The position numbers and the translations under genes were made by a program. A stretch of 60,094 nucleotides of DNA from a phage: the sequence record PZ445424.1; one strand, given 5' to 3'. Shown piece after piece: positions 1 through 9,922 of the stretch. The first letter of the stretch is position 1. Each line of letters begins with the position of its first letter. A model generated the notes under the pieces. The model saw nothing but the letters and a program-made list of their open reading frames with translations, searched no databases and had not been told where the DNA came from.

Positions 1-1560
1 ATGGAGCTAAACCGACAACCTGATAACATGCCGCGAGTAGTCTGGAAGCCACATCCAGGTTCACAGACACTCGCTCTATCCTGTCCTGCTGATATCATTT
101 TATACCACGGTACTCGCGGTCCTGGAAAGACGGACTGCCAGCTTATGCGTTTCCGTAAGAATGTTGGCGTAGGGTACGGTAAATTCTGGAAGGGTATTAT
201 ATTCGATCGTGAATATAAAAACCTTGATGACCTTGTGACCAAATCACAGCGTTGGTTCCCTGAATTTAAAGATGGTGCTAAATTCCTTAGCTCGAAGTCT
301 GATTATAAATGGGTTTGGCCCACTGGGGAAGAATTGCTGTTCCGTGTTGCTTGCAAAGAAAAGGATTATTGGTCTTATCATGGTCACGAATACCCGTTTA
401 TCGGATGGAACGAATTAACAAAGTATCCGGACGGGCGTTTGTTTGAAGCAATGATGTCCTGTAACCGTTCATCCTTCCTACCCGAAGATAATCCAATTAT
501 CAATCCGGACGGTACTGTCACATATTTACCAGACATTCCTCTGGAAGTGTTTGCTACAAGTAACCCGTTTGGTGCGGGGCATAACTGGGTTAAGAAACGC
601 TTCATTGACGCTGCACCGATGGGTAAAATACTCAGGAAAACTACGCGAGTGTTTAACCCGCGGACGCAGAAAGAGGAAGATGTGGTTACGACGCAATGCC
701 ATATCTTCGGATCTTATCGTGAGAACAAAAACCTAAGCCCAAAATATATTGCAGAGCTTATGTCCATCACAGACCCGAATAAACGCGCTGCATGGTTAGG
801 CGGTAGCTGGGACATTACCTCCGGCGGTATGTTTGATGATCTGTGGCGTAGCACTGTTCATAAAATACGCCCATTTCCAATCCCATCAAGCTGGAAGATT
901 ACACGTTCTTTCGACTGGGGTTCTTCAAAACCATTCTCCGTTGGCTGGTGGGCTATTAGTGACGGTTCGGATGTTGTGCGTGAGGATGGTACTACATTCT
1001 CTACTGTTCGCGGTGACTTGTTCCGTATTAACGAATGGTACGGCACTAACGGTAAAACAAACGAAGGTCTACATTTGCTGGACTCAGAGATTGCAAGCGG
1101 TATACTGGAGCGGGAATTGGCCTGGGGTATACACGACCGTGTAGTTCCTGGACCTGCGGATAACTCTATTTGGGATCTGGAGAACAATAACTCTACCGCC
1201 GCAACAATGGCGAAGAAAATCCGTCTTAACGGCAAGCTGTATAACGGTATCCATTGGAAGAGAAGTGATAAATCTGCTGGGTCGCGTAAACGCGGATGGC
1301 AGAAAATGCGTGAGTTTCTTAAAGCTGCATTGCGGGAAGATGCAAACGGTAAACCTTTGCCGGGACCACGTGAAAATCCAGCAATGTATGTTTTCGATAA
1401 CTGCAATTATTTCTTTGAACTGGTTCCAAGTCTCCCGCGCGATGAAGTAGATCAGGACGACGTTGATACGGAATGTGAAGACCATATGGGCGATGAAGTA
1501 CGTTATATGGTTCTGGATCAAGCTGTTTATACAGGCGTTGGTAAAACTATCGGTATTTAA
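1..1560 (+). CDS. terL: Terminase large subunit
   Basis: 519 aa ORF with P-loop-like motif GTRGPGKTD near N-terminus; first gene of structural operon, followed by portal. Starts at window edge, so true 5' end not verifiable. Confidence 0.8.
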   Translation: MELNRQPDNMPRVVWKPHPGSQTLALSCPADIILYHGTRGPGKTDCQLMRFRKNVGVGYGKFWKGIIFDREYKNLDDLVTKSQRWFPEFKDGAKFLSSKSDYKWVWPTGEELLFRVACKEKDYWSYHGHEYPFIGWNELTKYPDGRLFEAMMSCNRSSFLPEDNPIINPDGTVTYLPDIPLEVFATSNPFGAGHNWVKKRFIDAAPMGKILRKTTRVFNPRTQKEEDVVTTQCHIFGSYRENKNLSPKYIAELMSITDPNKRAAWLGGSWDITSGGMFDDLWRSTVHKIRPFPIPSSWKITRSFDWGSSKPFSVGWWAISDGSDVVREDGTTFSTVRGDLFRINEWYGTNGKTNEGLHLLDSEIASGILERELAWGIHDRVVPGPADNSIWDLENNNSTAATMAKKIRLNGKLYNGIHWKRSDKSAGSRKRGWQKMREFLKAALREDANGKPLPGPRENPAMYVFDNCNYFFELVPSLPRDEVDQDDVDTECEDHMGDEVRYMVLDQAVYTGVGKTIGI

Positions 1561-1571
1561 CTGGAGGGTAT

Positions 1572-3068
1572 ATGGGTATTGATGCAACTCACCCGCTATA
1601 TGACAAGTGGAAGGATGCATGGGTTAAGTGCAACGACTGCTATGAGGGTGAAGATAAAATTAAGGAAGAAGGTGTTAAATATCTACCACCTTTAGCTTCC
1701 ATGATTATTGATGGGATGAATAACCCTAATGATTTGGGCTTTCAACGTTGGCTCGCTTATCGTTTGCGTGCTAACTTCCCTGACGATTATTCAAGTGCTG
1801 TCACAAATAATTTAGGTCTGTTGCACCAGAAGCCGCCTACAATCCAGCTTCCTCCTGAAATGGAGTACATGCGGGAGCTGTGTACTGCGGATGGTGAAGA
1901 CATTATTGCTCTGCTACGTCGCATCAACGAAATGCAGTTAAAAAATGGACGTTTGGGCCTGCTGCTGGACTTACCAAAAGGTGAGGATGTAAATAACAGA
2001 CCGTATATTAGCGTTTATGATGCTTTATCCATTATCAACTGGGATGATGGTAAAGATGAACTGGGTAATATCAACTTGAACATGGTTGTACTGGATGAAA
2101 GCGGTCCTGTACGTGTTAATCAGTTTGACTGGAAAGAAGAGAAGCGTTATCGAGTTCTGCAATTAGGTCCGATGGACACAGATGAAGTTGCAGGCGGGGC
2201 GGTCTACTCCCAGCATTTATTCATCAACAATACCAATTATGATGAAGGGCAAATGATTGCTCCTTATTATAAAGGTAAGACTCTGGACGAAATACCTTTC
2301 CAGTTTGTTAATACAACAGATATTACCCCAGCACCGGAAGCGCCTCCATTGTTGGGGCTAGCTAACATCTGCTTAAGCATGTATCGAAGTGACGCTGATT
2401 ACCGTCAAAGTCTGCATATGCAAGGTCAGGACACGTTAGTTGTTGTTGGTGGCTCTGGCGAGAATGGGGATAAAGCCCCTCAACGTATTGGTCCTGGTGC
2501 GGTGATTAACGTTGCTCTTGGGGGTGACGCTAAATATGTAGGCGTTAGCGGCGATGGTTTGTCCGAGCAACGCCTTGCATTGGCGGCGGATAAGCAGGAA
2601 GCTCAGATTAAAGCTGGGCAGATGGTAAACAACACCAAGAGCACGCAGGAATCAGGCGAAGCTATGAAAACGCGTATTGCTGCGCGTACCGCTAGCCTGA
2701 TTCGAATTGCGTATACTGGTGCGGCAGGTTTGGAAAACTTGCTGAAGGTCTGCGCTAAATGGATGGGTGCTGATCCAGAGAAAGTTGTGGTTAAGCCTAA
2801 TCTTGAATTTACCAAGAGCATGTTTAACGGTCAGGACTTTGTTCAAATTATTACTGCACGCAACCTTAAGGCTCCGATCAGTTTGCAGTCTATTCATGGC
2901 TGGCTTGTTGATCAGGGCTTAACCACACTAAGCTTTGAAGAAGAAATGGCAATTCTTGAAGAAGAGCTTAAGAAGTGGCCTCTGCCCGATGATGCTAAAG
3001 CTGATTTAAACGCAGAGCAGCAAGTAAACAAAGATCCTAAGGAAGACAACGCTTCCGATAAAGAATAG
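1572..3068 (+). CDS. Portal protein
   Basis: 498 aa ORF directly downstream of terminase with GGAGGG RBS; size and synteny typical of siphovirus portal; no diagnostic motif confirmed. Confidence 0.65.
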   Translation: MGIDATHPLYDKWKDAWVKCNDCYEGEDKIKEEGVKYLPPLASMIIDGMNNPNDLGFQRWLAYRLRANFPDDYSSAVTNNLGLLHQKPPTIQLPPEMEYMRELCTADGEDIIALLRRINEMQLKNGRLGLLLDLPKGEDVNNRPYISVYDALSIINWDDGKDELGNINLNMVVLDESGPVRVNQFDWKEEKRYRVLQLGPMDTDEVAGGAVYSQHLFINNTNYDEGQMIAPYYKGKTLDEIPFQFVNTTDITPAPEAPPLLGLANICLSMYRSDADYRQSLHMQGQDTLVVVGGSGENGDKAPQRIGPGAVINVALGGDAKYVGVSGDGLSEQRLALAADKQEAQIKAGQMVNNTKSTQESGEAMKTRIAARTASLIRIAYTGAAGLENLLKVCAKWMGADPEKVVVKPNLEFTKSMFNGQDFVQIITARNLKAPISLQSIHGWLVDQGLTTLSFEEEMAILEEELKKWPLPDDAKADLNAEQQVNKDPKEDNASDKE

Positions 3069-3163
3069 TTGCAACTTGCAAGTTGATCGGTTTATATTAA
3101 CGAACACGGGGCTGGGACGGCTCAGCTCCAAAAACGTCACACGGGTGACAACGGAGATAAGAA

Positions 3164-4036
3164 ATGAAAAAGAGTTCTGTAGCTATTAGTGTTGGTATGG
3201 CTTTAATTAATCCACGCGCTCGCGGTGAAGGTGATGTGGAACTGGAATACGAATATGCATCTGCGGAAGAGATCCCGGCAGAGTTTGCAACTCTTTACGC
3301 AGAGCAGGGCGGTAAATACGTTCTTGCAAAAGTTAAAGGTGTAGCCCCTGCTGATAGCGTTCGTCGTCTGGAAAGTGCGTTAGCTAAAGAACGTAACGAC
3401 CATCGTCAGGTGAAGCAACAGATTAGCGCACTTGGGCGTCCGGTTGAAGAAGTCCTTGCGGACCTTGATCGTATCCCTCAACTGGAAGCTGCCGCTAACG
3501 GTAAAGGTACTCCGGAAGACATCGAAAAGATGGTTAAAGCCCGTCTTGCTCCGCTCGAGCGTCAATTACAAACTGTAGCAGCTGAACGCGATTCCGTTAA
3601 GCAGGAAATTGAAGGCTACCGCACTCGCGAAACTAAAGCGAAAATTAAAGACGCAGTTATTGCTGCTGCATCCGGTGCTAAGCTGCGTCCGTCTGCTATC
3701 GAAGATGCGGTGACTTATGCACAGTTGCAAATGACCGTCGACGAGAACGGCAATGTGGTTACGAAAGATGGGGCTGGTGTAACTCCATACCTGACTCCGG
3801 CTGATTGGCTGAACGAAATCCTTCCGAAACGTCCGCACTGGGTTGAAGGATCTGCTGGTGGTGGTGCATCTGGTCCGGGCGCTGGCGGACATCACGGCGA
3901 AGACCCTTACAGTCACGACGGTTGGAACATCTCTAAACAGATGAATCTCTGGAAAACTAATCAATCTTTAGCTAAACGCTTAGCTGAAAAGAATGGCGTA
4001 GACCCGCTGAAGCCTGTACGTCCTGCTAAGAAATAA
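3164..4036 (+). CDS. Scaffolding protein (putative)
   Basis: 290 aa highly charged, predicted helical protein between portal and major capsid genes; GGAG RBS; no protease motif seen. Confidence 0.45.
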   Translation: MKKSSVAISVGMALINPRARGEGDVELEYEYASAEEIPAEFATLYAEQGGKYVLAKVKGVAPADSVRRLESALAKERNDHRQVKQQISALGRPVEEVLADLDRIPQLEAAANGKGTPEDIEKMVKARLAPLERQLQTVAAERDSVKQEIEGYRTRETKAKIKDAVIAAASGAKLRPSAIEDAVTYAQLQMTVDENGNVVTKDGAGVTPYLTPADWLNEILPKRPHWVEGSAGGGASGPGAGGHHGEDPYSHDGWNISKQMNLWKTNQSLAKRLAEKNGVDPLKPVRPAKK

Positions 4037-4050
4037 GTTGACATCCCGAC

Positions 4051-4083
4051 GTCCCTGATGTTAAGTTTCAACACATCAGGGAC
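4051..4083 (+). promoter_or_regulatory. Perfect 11-bp inverted repeat (GTCCCTGATGT / ACATCAGGGAC) in scaffold-capsid intergenic region; possible RNA processing or attenuation stem-loop
   Basis: Read directly from sequence; no downstream T-run, so not a classical intrinsic terminator. A TTGACA hexamer lies just upstream (~4038-4043). Confidence 0.35.
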
Positions 4084-4158
4084 ACGGGTTCCTAAACAGC
4101 CTTCCACGGGGAAAGGCTACCAACAGTAAACAAATCAATCCTTTTCCTGGAGACAAGT

Positions 4159-5220
4159 ATGTCTAAATCTAAAATTATTCTACCATTTGGTCGTGGTGAA
4201 ACTGACCTGACTCGTTTGAAGGATGTCATTGTCCCTGAGATCTTCACTGGTTATGTGCAGACGCAGACCGCTGAACTTTCTGCTCTGATTCAATCCGGTG
4301 CGGTTGTAATGGACGAGCGTTTATCTGCTAACCTTGCTGGTGCAGGTCTGACTTTTAACGAGCCGTTCTATAACGACCTGAAAGATGAAGACGAAGATAT
4401 CGCTGTTGATAAAGGCGATCCGTCCAAACCGTCTAACATCACTACCGGATCTGAAGTTCAGGTTCGTATGAGTCGTTCAAAATCCTGGGGTTCTGCGGAT
4501 CTGGTATCAGCTTTGATTGGTAACGACCCAATGACCGCTATCGGTAACCGCGTGTCTGCGTGGTGGGTCCGCCGTCTGCAAGCTGCATACATCGCAACCT
4601 GGAAAGGTGTATTTGCTAATGCGAAGAAATCTCATAACGACGATTTGACTTTCGACATCTCTGGTTCTTCTTTTGTAAATAACCAGACCAACTTTACCGC
4701 GTCTAACTTCATCAACGCAACTGCAACGATGGGTGATGCTGCCCGCGGTCTGACTATGATTATGGTACACTCTACCGTTCGTAACCGTATGCGTCAGTTG
4801 AACCTGATCGACTTCATTCCAGATGCTCGCGGTGAAACTCAGTTTGAGTATTATCAGGGTCTGCGTATTATTGAAGACGACTCCATGCCACACGATCCGT
4901 CTACTGGTGTGTTTGAAAGCTGGCTGTTCGGCCCGGGCGCAACTGCAATGGGTGCTGGATCACCGAAAGTTCCGACCGCTGTGGTGCGTGACGAAGCCGC
5001 TAACCAAGGCGCTGGTGAAGAAGTTCTTCACAACCGTGTTGAATGGATTCTGCATCCGGTTGGCCATGCTTGGGCTGCTGCTCAAACTGCTAAAGGTGGT
5101 CCGTCTAACGCTGCTACCACTAACAACCTGGCCCATGAAGATTCCTGGCGTCGTGCGTTCCCTGAGCGCAAGCAGCTTAAAGTTGCACGCCTGATCACTC
5201 GTGAGTATCAGGGTTCCTAA
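4159..5220 (+). CDS. Major capsid protein
   Basis: 353 aa ORF with GGAG RBS, positioned after portal/scaffold and followed by a strong intrinsic terminator, as expected for a highly expressed capsid gene. Confidence 0.7.
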   Translation: MSKSKIILPFGRGETDLTRLKDVIVPEIFTGYVQTQTAELSALIQSGAVVMDERLSANLAGAGLTFNEPFYNDLKDEDEDIAVDKGDPSKPSNITTGSEVQVRMSRSKSWGSADLVSALIGNDPMTAIGNRVSAWWVRRLQAAYIATWKGVFANAKKSHNDDLTFDISGSSFVNNQTNFTASNFINATATMGDAARGLTMIMVHSTVRNRMRQLNLIDFIPDARGETQFEYYQGLRIIEDDSMPHDPSTGVFESWLFGPGATAMGAGSPKVPTAVVRDEAANQGAGEEVLHNRVEWILHPVGHAWAAAQTAKGGPSNAATTNNLAHEDSWRRAFPERKQLKVARLITREYQGS

Positions 5221-5251
5221 GGCTTCACTCAACGCCGCGCTGTAGTATTTT

Positions 5252-5278
5252 GGGGACATCTTATGTCCCCTCTTTTTT
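5252..5278 (+). terminator. Rho-independent terminator after capsid gene
   Basis: GGGGACAT-CTT-ATGTCCCC stem-loop followed by TCTTTTTT. Confidence 0.7.
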
Positions 5279-5290
5279 AGGAGAACAACC

Positions 5291-5614
5291 ATGCGTTATC
5301 AACGTTATGAACGACATGACTTGATGGAAAAATCGTTGCAGGTGGAGCCAATTTCAATTACTCTCGATCCTGCTACGATTGACACCACAACTTCAGAAGT
5401 AAAAACGGTTACTGTTAAAATAAACTTTGTCCCAGGCGGAACTACAAACAAAGCGTATAGCGCGTCAGTTGACGGTTCCTCTGCTACAATTAAAGACAAC
5501 GGGGACGGTACAATTACTGTGACCACAACCGCAAGCAGTGGTACTTCAAACTTGACAGTAACGTCCAAGGCAAAGGATAGTGTTACTGGTACATGTGTTA
5601 TTAATGTGACCTAA
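5291..5614 (+). CDS. Ig-like (Big_2-type) domain protein, possible head decoration protein
   Basis: 107 aa, Thr/Ser/Val-rich beta-strand pattern (TVKINFVPGG...TITVTTTASSG...TCVINVT) typical of bacterial Ig-like domains; strong RBS AGGAGAA. Confidence 0.5.
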   Translation: MRYQRYERHDLMEKSLQVEPISITLDPATIDTTTSEVKTVTVKINFVPGGTTNKAYSASVDGSSATIKDNGDGTITVTTTASSGTSNLTVTSKAKDSVTGTCVINVT

Positions 5615-5630
5615 AAATAAGGATTAAACA

Positions 5631-6284
5631 ATGAAGACATTAATTGAAGCATTGTTAGAACTTGATCCGGAAAACCCGAATCATTGGACCAGCGATGGCT
5701 TACCTAAAGTAGACGCTCTGCGTTTCGCTACCGCTAACCCGTCTTTAACCCGCGACGATATTACGACTGCTGCCCCTCTATTCACCCGCGATAACCGCGT
5801 GCTGGAAGAGCCCGAGCCAGTGGAACCTGTTAAATCTGCTGATCCAGTTTTACATGAAGCTGTCAAACAGGAGAAAGCTCATGAAGAACAAAAGAAAGTC
5901 GCGGTTGCAACGATGCAAATCGAAGTTAAGATTAGCGAAGCACTGCGTGCTCTTCTGGAGCCGGAAAAAATCGGTGACGCTTCCAGCTTAACCGATGAAG
6001 AACTGAAAGCGAAGCGCGAAAAGCTTAGCAATGTGGTTAAAGAGATTGCCCACACTAAGCACGCGTTGGAGCTCGCTATCGCAGACGTTCAAGCGGATCT
6101 GGATAAGATTATTGTTGAGCAGGAGCGTCGTCGCCCTAAGTCCGGTCTTACTGCAACTCAAATGTATCTTGAAGCGCAGAAAAAACGTAAACCTGAAGAC
6201 ATGCTTTCTGACCATCGCTTCCAGAATCCTATTGACGATCCGGTCGCCCGTATGGTTGCACGTAATATGATGCGTCGAGGTTAA
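5631..6284 (+). CDS. Hypothetical protein (charged, coiled-coil-like)
   Basis: 217 aa ORF in head module, RBS AAGGA; no recognisable motif. Confidence 0.4.
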   Translation: MKTLIEALLELDPENPNHWTSDGLPKVDALRFATANPSLTRDDITTAAPLFTRDNRVLEEPEPVEPVKSADPVLHEAVKQEKAHEEQKKVAVATMQIEVKISEALRALLEPEKIGDASSLTDEELKAKREKLSNVVKEIAHTKHALELAIADVQADLDKIIVEQERRRPKSGLTATQMYLEAQKKRKPEDMLSDHRFQNPIDDPVARMVARNMMRRG

Positions 6285-6339
6285 CCATGGAAATGAGCCA
6301 TAGACAATATGTGTTGTGGCTCCTCCGACGTAATAGAAA

Positions 6340-6367
6340 ACGGCGTCAAGAAGACGCCGTTTCTGTT
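6340..6367 (+). terminator. Putative intrinsic terminator
   Basis: ACGGCGTC-AAGAA-GACGCCGT hairpin followed by TTCTGTT. Confidence 0.5.
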
Positions 6368-6422
6368 CCTGAAGAAGAGCTCCCACCACTTATCCCTACA
6401 ACCATCGCAATGAGGAAGAAAG

Positions 6423-6929
6423 ATGGAGATTCCACTGATAGTTGAAGATGGTACTGGTGTACCGGACGCCAACAGTTATGTCACCATTGAACAAGTCCGC
6501 ATGTATGCAGCAATGCGAGGTATTGTACTTCCAAGTGAAGACGAAGATCTAAAGACAAAGATCTTTGACGCTATGGATTTTGTGGAAGGGTACAGCCAAC
6601 GCTTTAAAGGTTATAAAATTAACCCACAGCAACCGCTAAATTGGCCACGCTACGGGGTGTTTGTGGACGGGTTCGAGCTACCCCAAAGCCCCTTACCAAA
6701 GGCGCTTATAAACGCTGTTTGCCAGCTTACAGCGGACTCAGCTACTGGCGGTCCTCTTAATGGGAAAACTACTGCATATGCAGTCAAAAGAACTAAAGTA
6801 GAAGGTCTTGAGATTGAATACGCAACTGGTAGCACAGCACAGTCAGGTCCAGCAAAAACATATGATAAAGCTATGACGTTTTTATCACCTTTGCTGGGTT
6901 ATCAAATGGGTAATAGATTGATACGGTGA
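6423..6929 (+). CDS. Head-tail connector / head completion protein (putative)
   Basis: 168 aa ORF, position between capsid and tail genes. Confidence 0.4.
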   Translation: MEIPLIVEDGTGVPDANSYVTIEQVRMYAAMRGIVLPSEDEDLKTKIFDAMDFVEGYSQRFKGYKINPQQPLNWPRYGVFVDGFELPQSPLPKALINAVCQLTADSATGGPLNGKTTAYAVKRTKVEGLEIEYATGSTAQSGPAKTYDKAMTFLSPLLGYQMGNRLIR

Positions 6930-6932
6930 TTT

Positions 6933-7313
6933 ATGAGCTTTCCTTACGAGCAGCTAGTTGAAGCTGCAAAGCAAATGATCAACGATGCTGGTGTTAACTG
7001 TACCCTTGTTGTTATGGAGCAAGGGGAAGGTCAAGATGAATGGGACGATCCGAGCGTTGAAAAACGATACCCATTCATTGGAGCTTTCCTTTCACCGAAG
7101 GAAAAGATGATTGGTGGCAGTCTTGTTTCTGCTGGTGAACTGAAAGTGTTGACTTACCCAATGACACCTCCATTGACTCGCGATAAAGCAATGACTGCAC
7201 GCATTGAGCGTGTGTCACCGGATGGGGAGCTGGAAGTGTGGACAATAAATGAGTTTGTTGATACACGACCAGCTAACGTTTCTGTTCTTTACACTTTTAA
7301 GGTGACGCGATAA
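6933..7313 (+). CDS. Head-tail adaptor (putative)
   Basis: 126 aa ORF tightly packed in head-tail joining gene series. Confidence 0.4.
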   Translation: MSFPYEQLVEAAKQMINDAGVNCTLVVMEQGEGQDEWDDPSVEKRYPFIGAFLSPKEKMIGGSLVSAGELKVLTYPMTPPLTRDKAMTARIERVSPDGELEVWTINEFVDTRPANVSVLYTFKVTR

Positions 7314-7720
7314 TGGGATTCGGGGCGGATATTCGACGTGCAAGTCAGAAGGTACTTGTTCAGACAAGCGAGCAAGCCAAAAAAGTCGTTGTCAAGTTCA
7401 CAGAGAACGTGATACAGGATACTCCTGTTAAGACCGGACGCACAAAAGGTGGTTGGCGGTCATCCATTGGTGCGCCGTATGCAACGGAAACTATCCGCCT
7501 CGATCCTACTGGAGAGATGGCTAAAGCTGAAGCCCGAGTTGTTGCACGCCAACTACCTAATGATAAAGACTGGACTTTCTATTTTAGCAACCTGACACCA
7601 TATGCTGGCAAACTGGAGTTCTTAGGTTGGTCACAGCAAGCCCCGAACGGTATGGTTCGTATTAACGTAGCGAAGCTTCCAATGTTGATACGTCAAGCTA
7701 TAGCAGAAGGAAAACTATAA
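7313..7720 (+). CDS. Neck / tail completion protein (HK97 gp10-like, putative)
   Basis: 135 aa; contains DTPVKTGRTKGGW resembling the conserved TG-R motif of HK97 gp10-like proteins; overlapping stop-start with neighbours. Confidence 0.5.
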   Translation: MGFGADIRRASQKVLVQTSEQAKKVVVKFTENVIQDTPVKTGRTKGGWRSSIGAPYATETIRLDPTGEMAKAEARVVARQLPNDKDWTFYFSNLTPYAGKLEFLGWSQQAPNGMVRINVAKLPMLIRQAIAEGKL

Positions 7721-8169
7721 TGCTTGGATACGATTTCATTAATGATGCATTTAATAAGATGCTACGCGAAGCAGTTGGACCGGATATTGGTATAGCGTGG
7801 AAGAATAAGAAGTTCACACCTAAAGCCAACCAGATGTGGTTAAAGGCAATCAATGCTCCCGCTTCCACTTACGCTGCAACGCTAGGTGATAACGGTCTGA
7901 ATGAAATTCCAGGCTTCTACCAAATCACAGTATATAGTCCTTTAAACACTGGAATGTCTAAGCAGAATCAAATCTTGGATTCTATTCGGAAAAAGTTTAA
8001 ACTGGGCTTGCGTATCCCGTGCCCGGATGACCACACGTTACGGATTGTCAGTTTAGACTTTTCGCAAGGTGGACAAACTTCGCTGAACGATTTTACCAAA
8101 GGCGGGGTTGAAGATAACTGGGACGTTAACTTTATCACAATCTATTGGTCGGCTCGTGAGCCGAGGTAA
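7720..8169 (+). CDS. Tail terminator protein (putative)
   Basis: 149 aa ORF immediately upstream of major tail protein gene; synteny only. Confidence 0.4.
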   Translation: MLGYDFINDAFNKMLREAVGPDIGIAWKNKKFTPKANQMWLKAINAPASTYAATLGDNGLNEIPGFYQITVYSPLNTGMSKQNQILDSIRKKFKLGLRIPCPDDHTLRIVSLDFSQGGQTSLNDFTKGGVEDNWDVNFITIYWSAREPR

Positions 8170-8183
8170 GAGAGGATCTAAAT

Positions 8184-9107
8184 ATGGCTACAGGTTCACG
8201 TTATTCGTGTTATTACGTCAAAGAAGATGTGAGCAACACAACTCCAGCAAGCGCGAAGTTTACCCCGTTTCGTGTAACGAGTTCCGGTCTGGATATTAAC
8301 ATTGCGACGCTGGAGTCTGAAGAGCTGCGTGATGACGCAGAAACCGCAGACTTCCGTCTTGGCGCTCGAAGCGTTGAAGGTACGGTAACAGGCGAAATGT
8401 CATTCGGTACATTTGACGACCTCATTGCGGCAGCACTGCGCGGTGAATGGCAGGACAACGTTCTTAAAGGTGGTATTATCCGCCAGTCATTTACTTTTGT
8501 AGACTATAACGCAGATCTGCCATCTGGTAAATACACAATCTATCGCGGTTGTGAAGTTAACAGCATGACTTTCTCATTGTCTGCTGAAAACATGACCACA
8601 GTAGAGTTCGGTATTGTTGGTCGTTCTATGGAGATTGCGGAATCCTTACCTGCTGGATCTTCTATCAAAGCGCGTACAACTACTTCTCCGATGGACGGCT
8701 TCTCTGGTCGCTTGCTGGAAAACGACGAAGAGATTAGCGTTATTACGGAAATCGGTCTTACTGTTGAAAACGATATTGCACCGCGCTTTGTTGTTGGTTC
8801 TAAGTTCTCCATTGAACCGTCCGCTGGTCGCCGTGCGGTAACTGGTACAGCTAACGTTTACTTCCTGGATAACAAGCTGCGTATGAAGTATCTGGATGAA
8901 GTGGAAACTTCAATCAAGTTTGATCTGATTGACCCAAGCAATCCGGAACAAAAATACACTGTGGAAATCCCTCGCGTGAAATTCACTGAAGCCCCACGTC
9001 CTATTGACGGTGAAGGAGATATCATGCTTAATATGGGCTACCGCGGATTGCTTGACCCAACAACCGCAAGTTCCATCAAAATTACCCGCGTTTTAGCGGC
9101 AGCATAA
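8184..9107 (+). CDS. Major tail (tube) protein
   Basis: 307 aa ORF preceding tail assembly chaperone and tape measure genes; RBS GAGAGGA. Confidence 0.6.
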   Translation: MATGSRYSCYYVKEDVSNTTPASAKFTPFRVTSSGLDINIATLESEELRDDAETADFRLGARSVEGTVTGEMSFGTFDDLIAAALRGEWQDNVLKGGIIRQSFTFVDYNADLPSGKYTIYRGCEVNSMTFSLSAENMTTVEFGIVGRSMEIAESLPAGSSIKARTTTSPMDGFSGRLLENDEEISVITEIGLTVENDIAPRFVVGSKFSIEPSAGRRAVTGTANVYFLDNKLRMKYLDEVETSIKFDLIDPSNPEQKYTVEIPRVKFTEAPRPIDGEGDIMLNMGYRGLLDPTTASSIKITRVLAAA

Positions 9108-9116
9108 GGATAAGAA

Positions 9117-9524
9117 ATGACCGACACCAAAAAAGGCAAAGTTGCAGTAGCTAAAAGCTTCCGTGATTTTAAAACTGTGAGCCGGGCAAACGACCCGGCA
9201 AACACTAAGCCTATGAATGTGGTTATTCCTGGTGTAGGCGACACTGGCGAAAAACTCTACATTCGTAGCCGCTACTGCACAGAGTATCGTGACGCAGAAT
9301 TGAAAGCACAGCGTCAACTGTTGGCGCTTATGCAGGGTAAAGACGGTGAAGTAACGGATGCTATGAAGGAAGATATCCTTACCCGTTCACTGTGTAACCT
9401 TGTAGCAGGTTGGACTTTTGACGAGCCACCGACTGTTGATAACGTGTTTGAGTTCTTAACGGAGAACCCAACTGTTCGAGAAGACCTTAACGTATTTGCC
9501 GCTAAAGATAGTAATTTTTTCTAA
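9117..9524 (+). CDS. Tail assembly chaperone (G-like)
   Basis: 135 aa acidic protein directly upstream of tape measure gene; ends in slippery sequence T TTT TTC TAA. Confidence 0.55.
   Translation: MTDTKKGKVAVAKSFRDFKTVSRANDPANTKPMNVVIPGVGDTGEKLYIRSRYCTEYRDAELKAQRQLLALMQGKDGEVTDAMKEDILTRSLCNLVAGWTFDEPPTVDNVFEFLTENPTVREDLNVFAAKDSNFF
9515..9521 (+). promoter_or_regulatory. Candidate -1 programmed ribosomal frameshift slippery heptamer U UUU UUC
   Basis: Heptamer X XXY YYZ sits on the last two sense codons of the chaperone ORF; the -1 frame is open from here to the tape measure start. Confidence 0.45.
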
Positions 9525-9922
9525 AAGCGCGCAGACAGTTAATTGATAAGAAGATCCTCCAATGGGAACTAAATAGTAAAGCCCCCGGCGGGGGATCTTC
9601 TTTATTATCGCAACTGCAAAAGGTTGAGGAACAGTCTGGTAAGACGCCCCCTAAGCTTAAAGAATATCGGGAAAAGGAAATACCGCTTTGCTTCGAATAT
9701 CTATCTACTTTATTTGATGATATCTACACTGGAGGAGATTTTAGTTATACAGAATTGCACAGCTATCAAGTGACAATGGGCTTACATCTTCAACCGTACG
9801 AATGTGAAATACTGCGGCAGCTATGGCTTGAAAAGCGCGTGTCAGAAGCTGAACAAAATGCTAAACTCATGGAAAGTCAACTGCAAAATCAAAATAAAGG
9901 TAGAAGAAAAAGGAGAAGATAA
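9521..9922 (+). CDS. Frameshift extension of tail assembly chaperone (GT-like fusion, putative)
   Basis: 133 stop-free codons in the -1 frame (LKARRQLIDKK...KGRRKRRR) with no strong internal start; stop TAA overlaps the tape measure ATG (TAATG). Not in ORF track because it lacks a start. Confidence 0.45.
   Translation, partial: LKARRQLIDKKILQWELNSKAPGGGSSLLSQLQKVEEQSGKTPPKLKEYREKEIPLCFEYLSTLFDDIYTGGDFSYTELHSYQVTMGLHLQPYECEILRQLWLEKRVSEAEQNAKLMESQLQNQNKGRRKRRR

Noticed and set aside
833-1620. Several 100-180 aa ORFs on both strands inside the terminase large subunit gene
   Set aside because: They are fully contained within a motif-supported 519-aa gene and have no RBS; overlapping-frame artefacts.
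9581-9600. GC hairpin plus U-tract after the chaperone gene read as a simple terminator that makes the downstream region non-coding
   Set aside because: Not fully rejected, but the 133-codon stop-free -1 frame ending exactly at the tape-measure ATG is unlikely by chance, so coding with an embedded attenuator is favoured.
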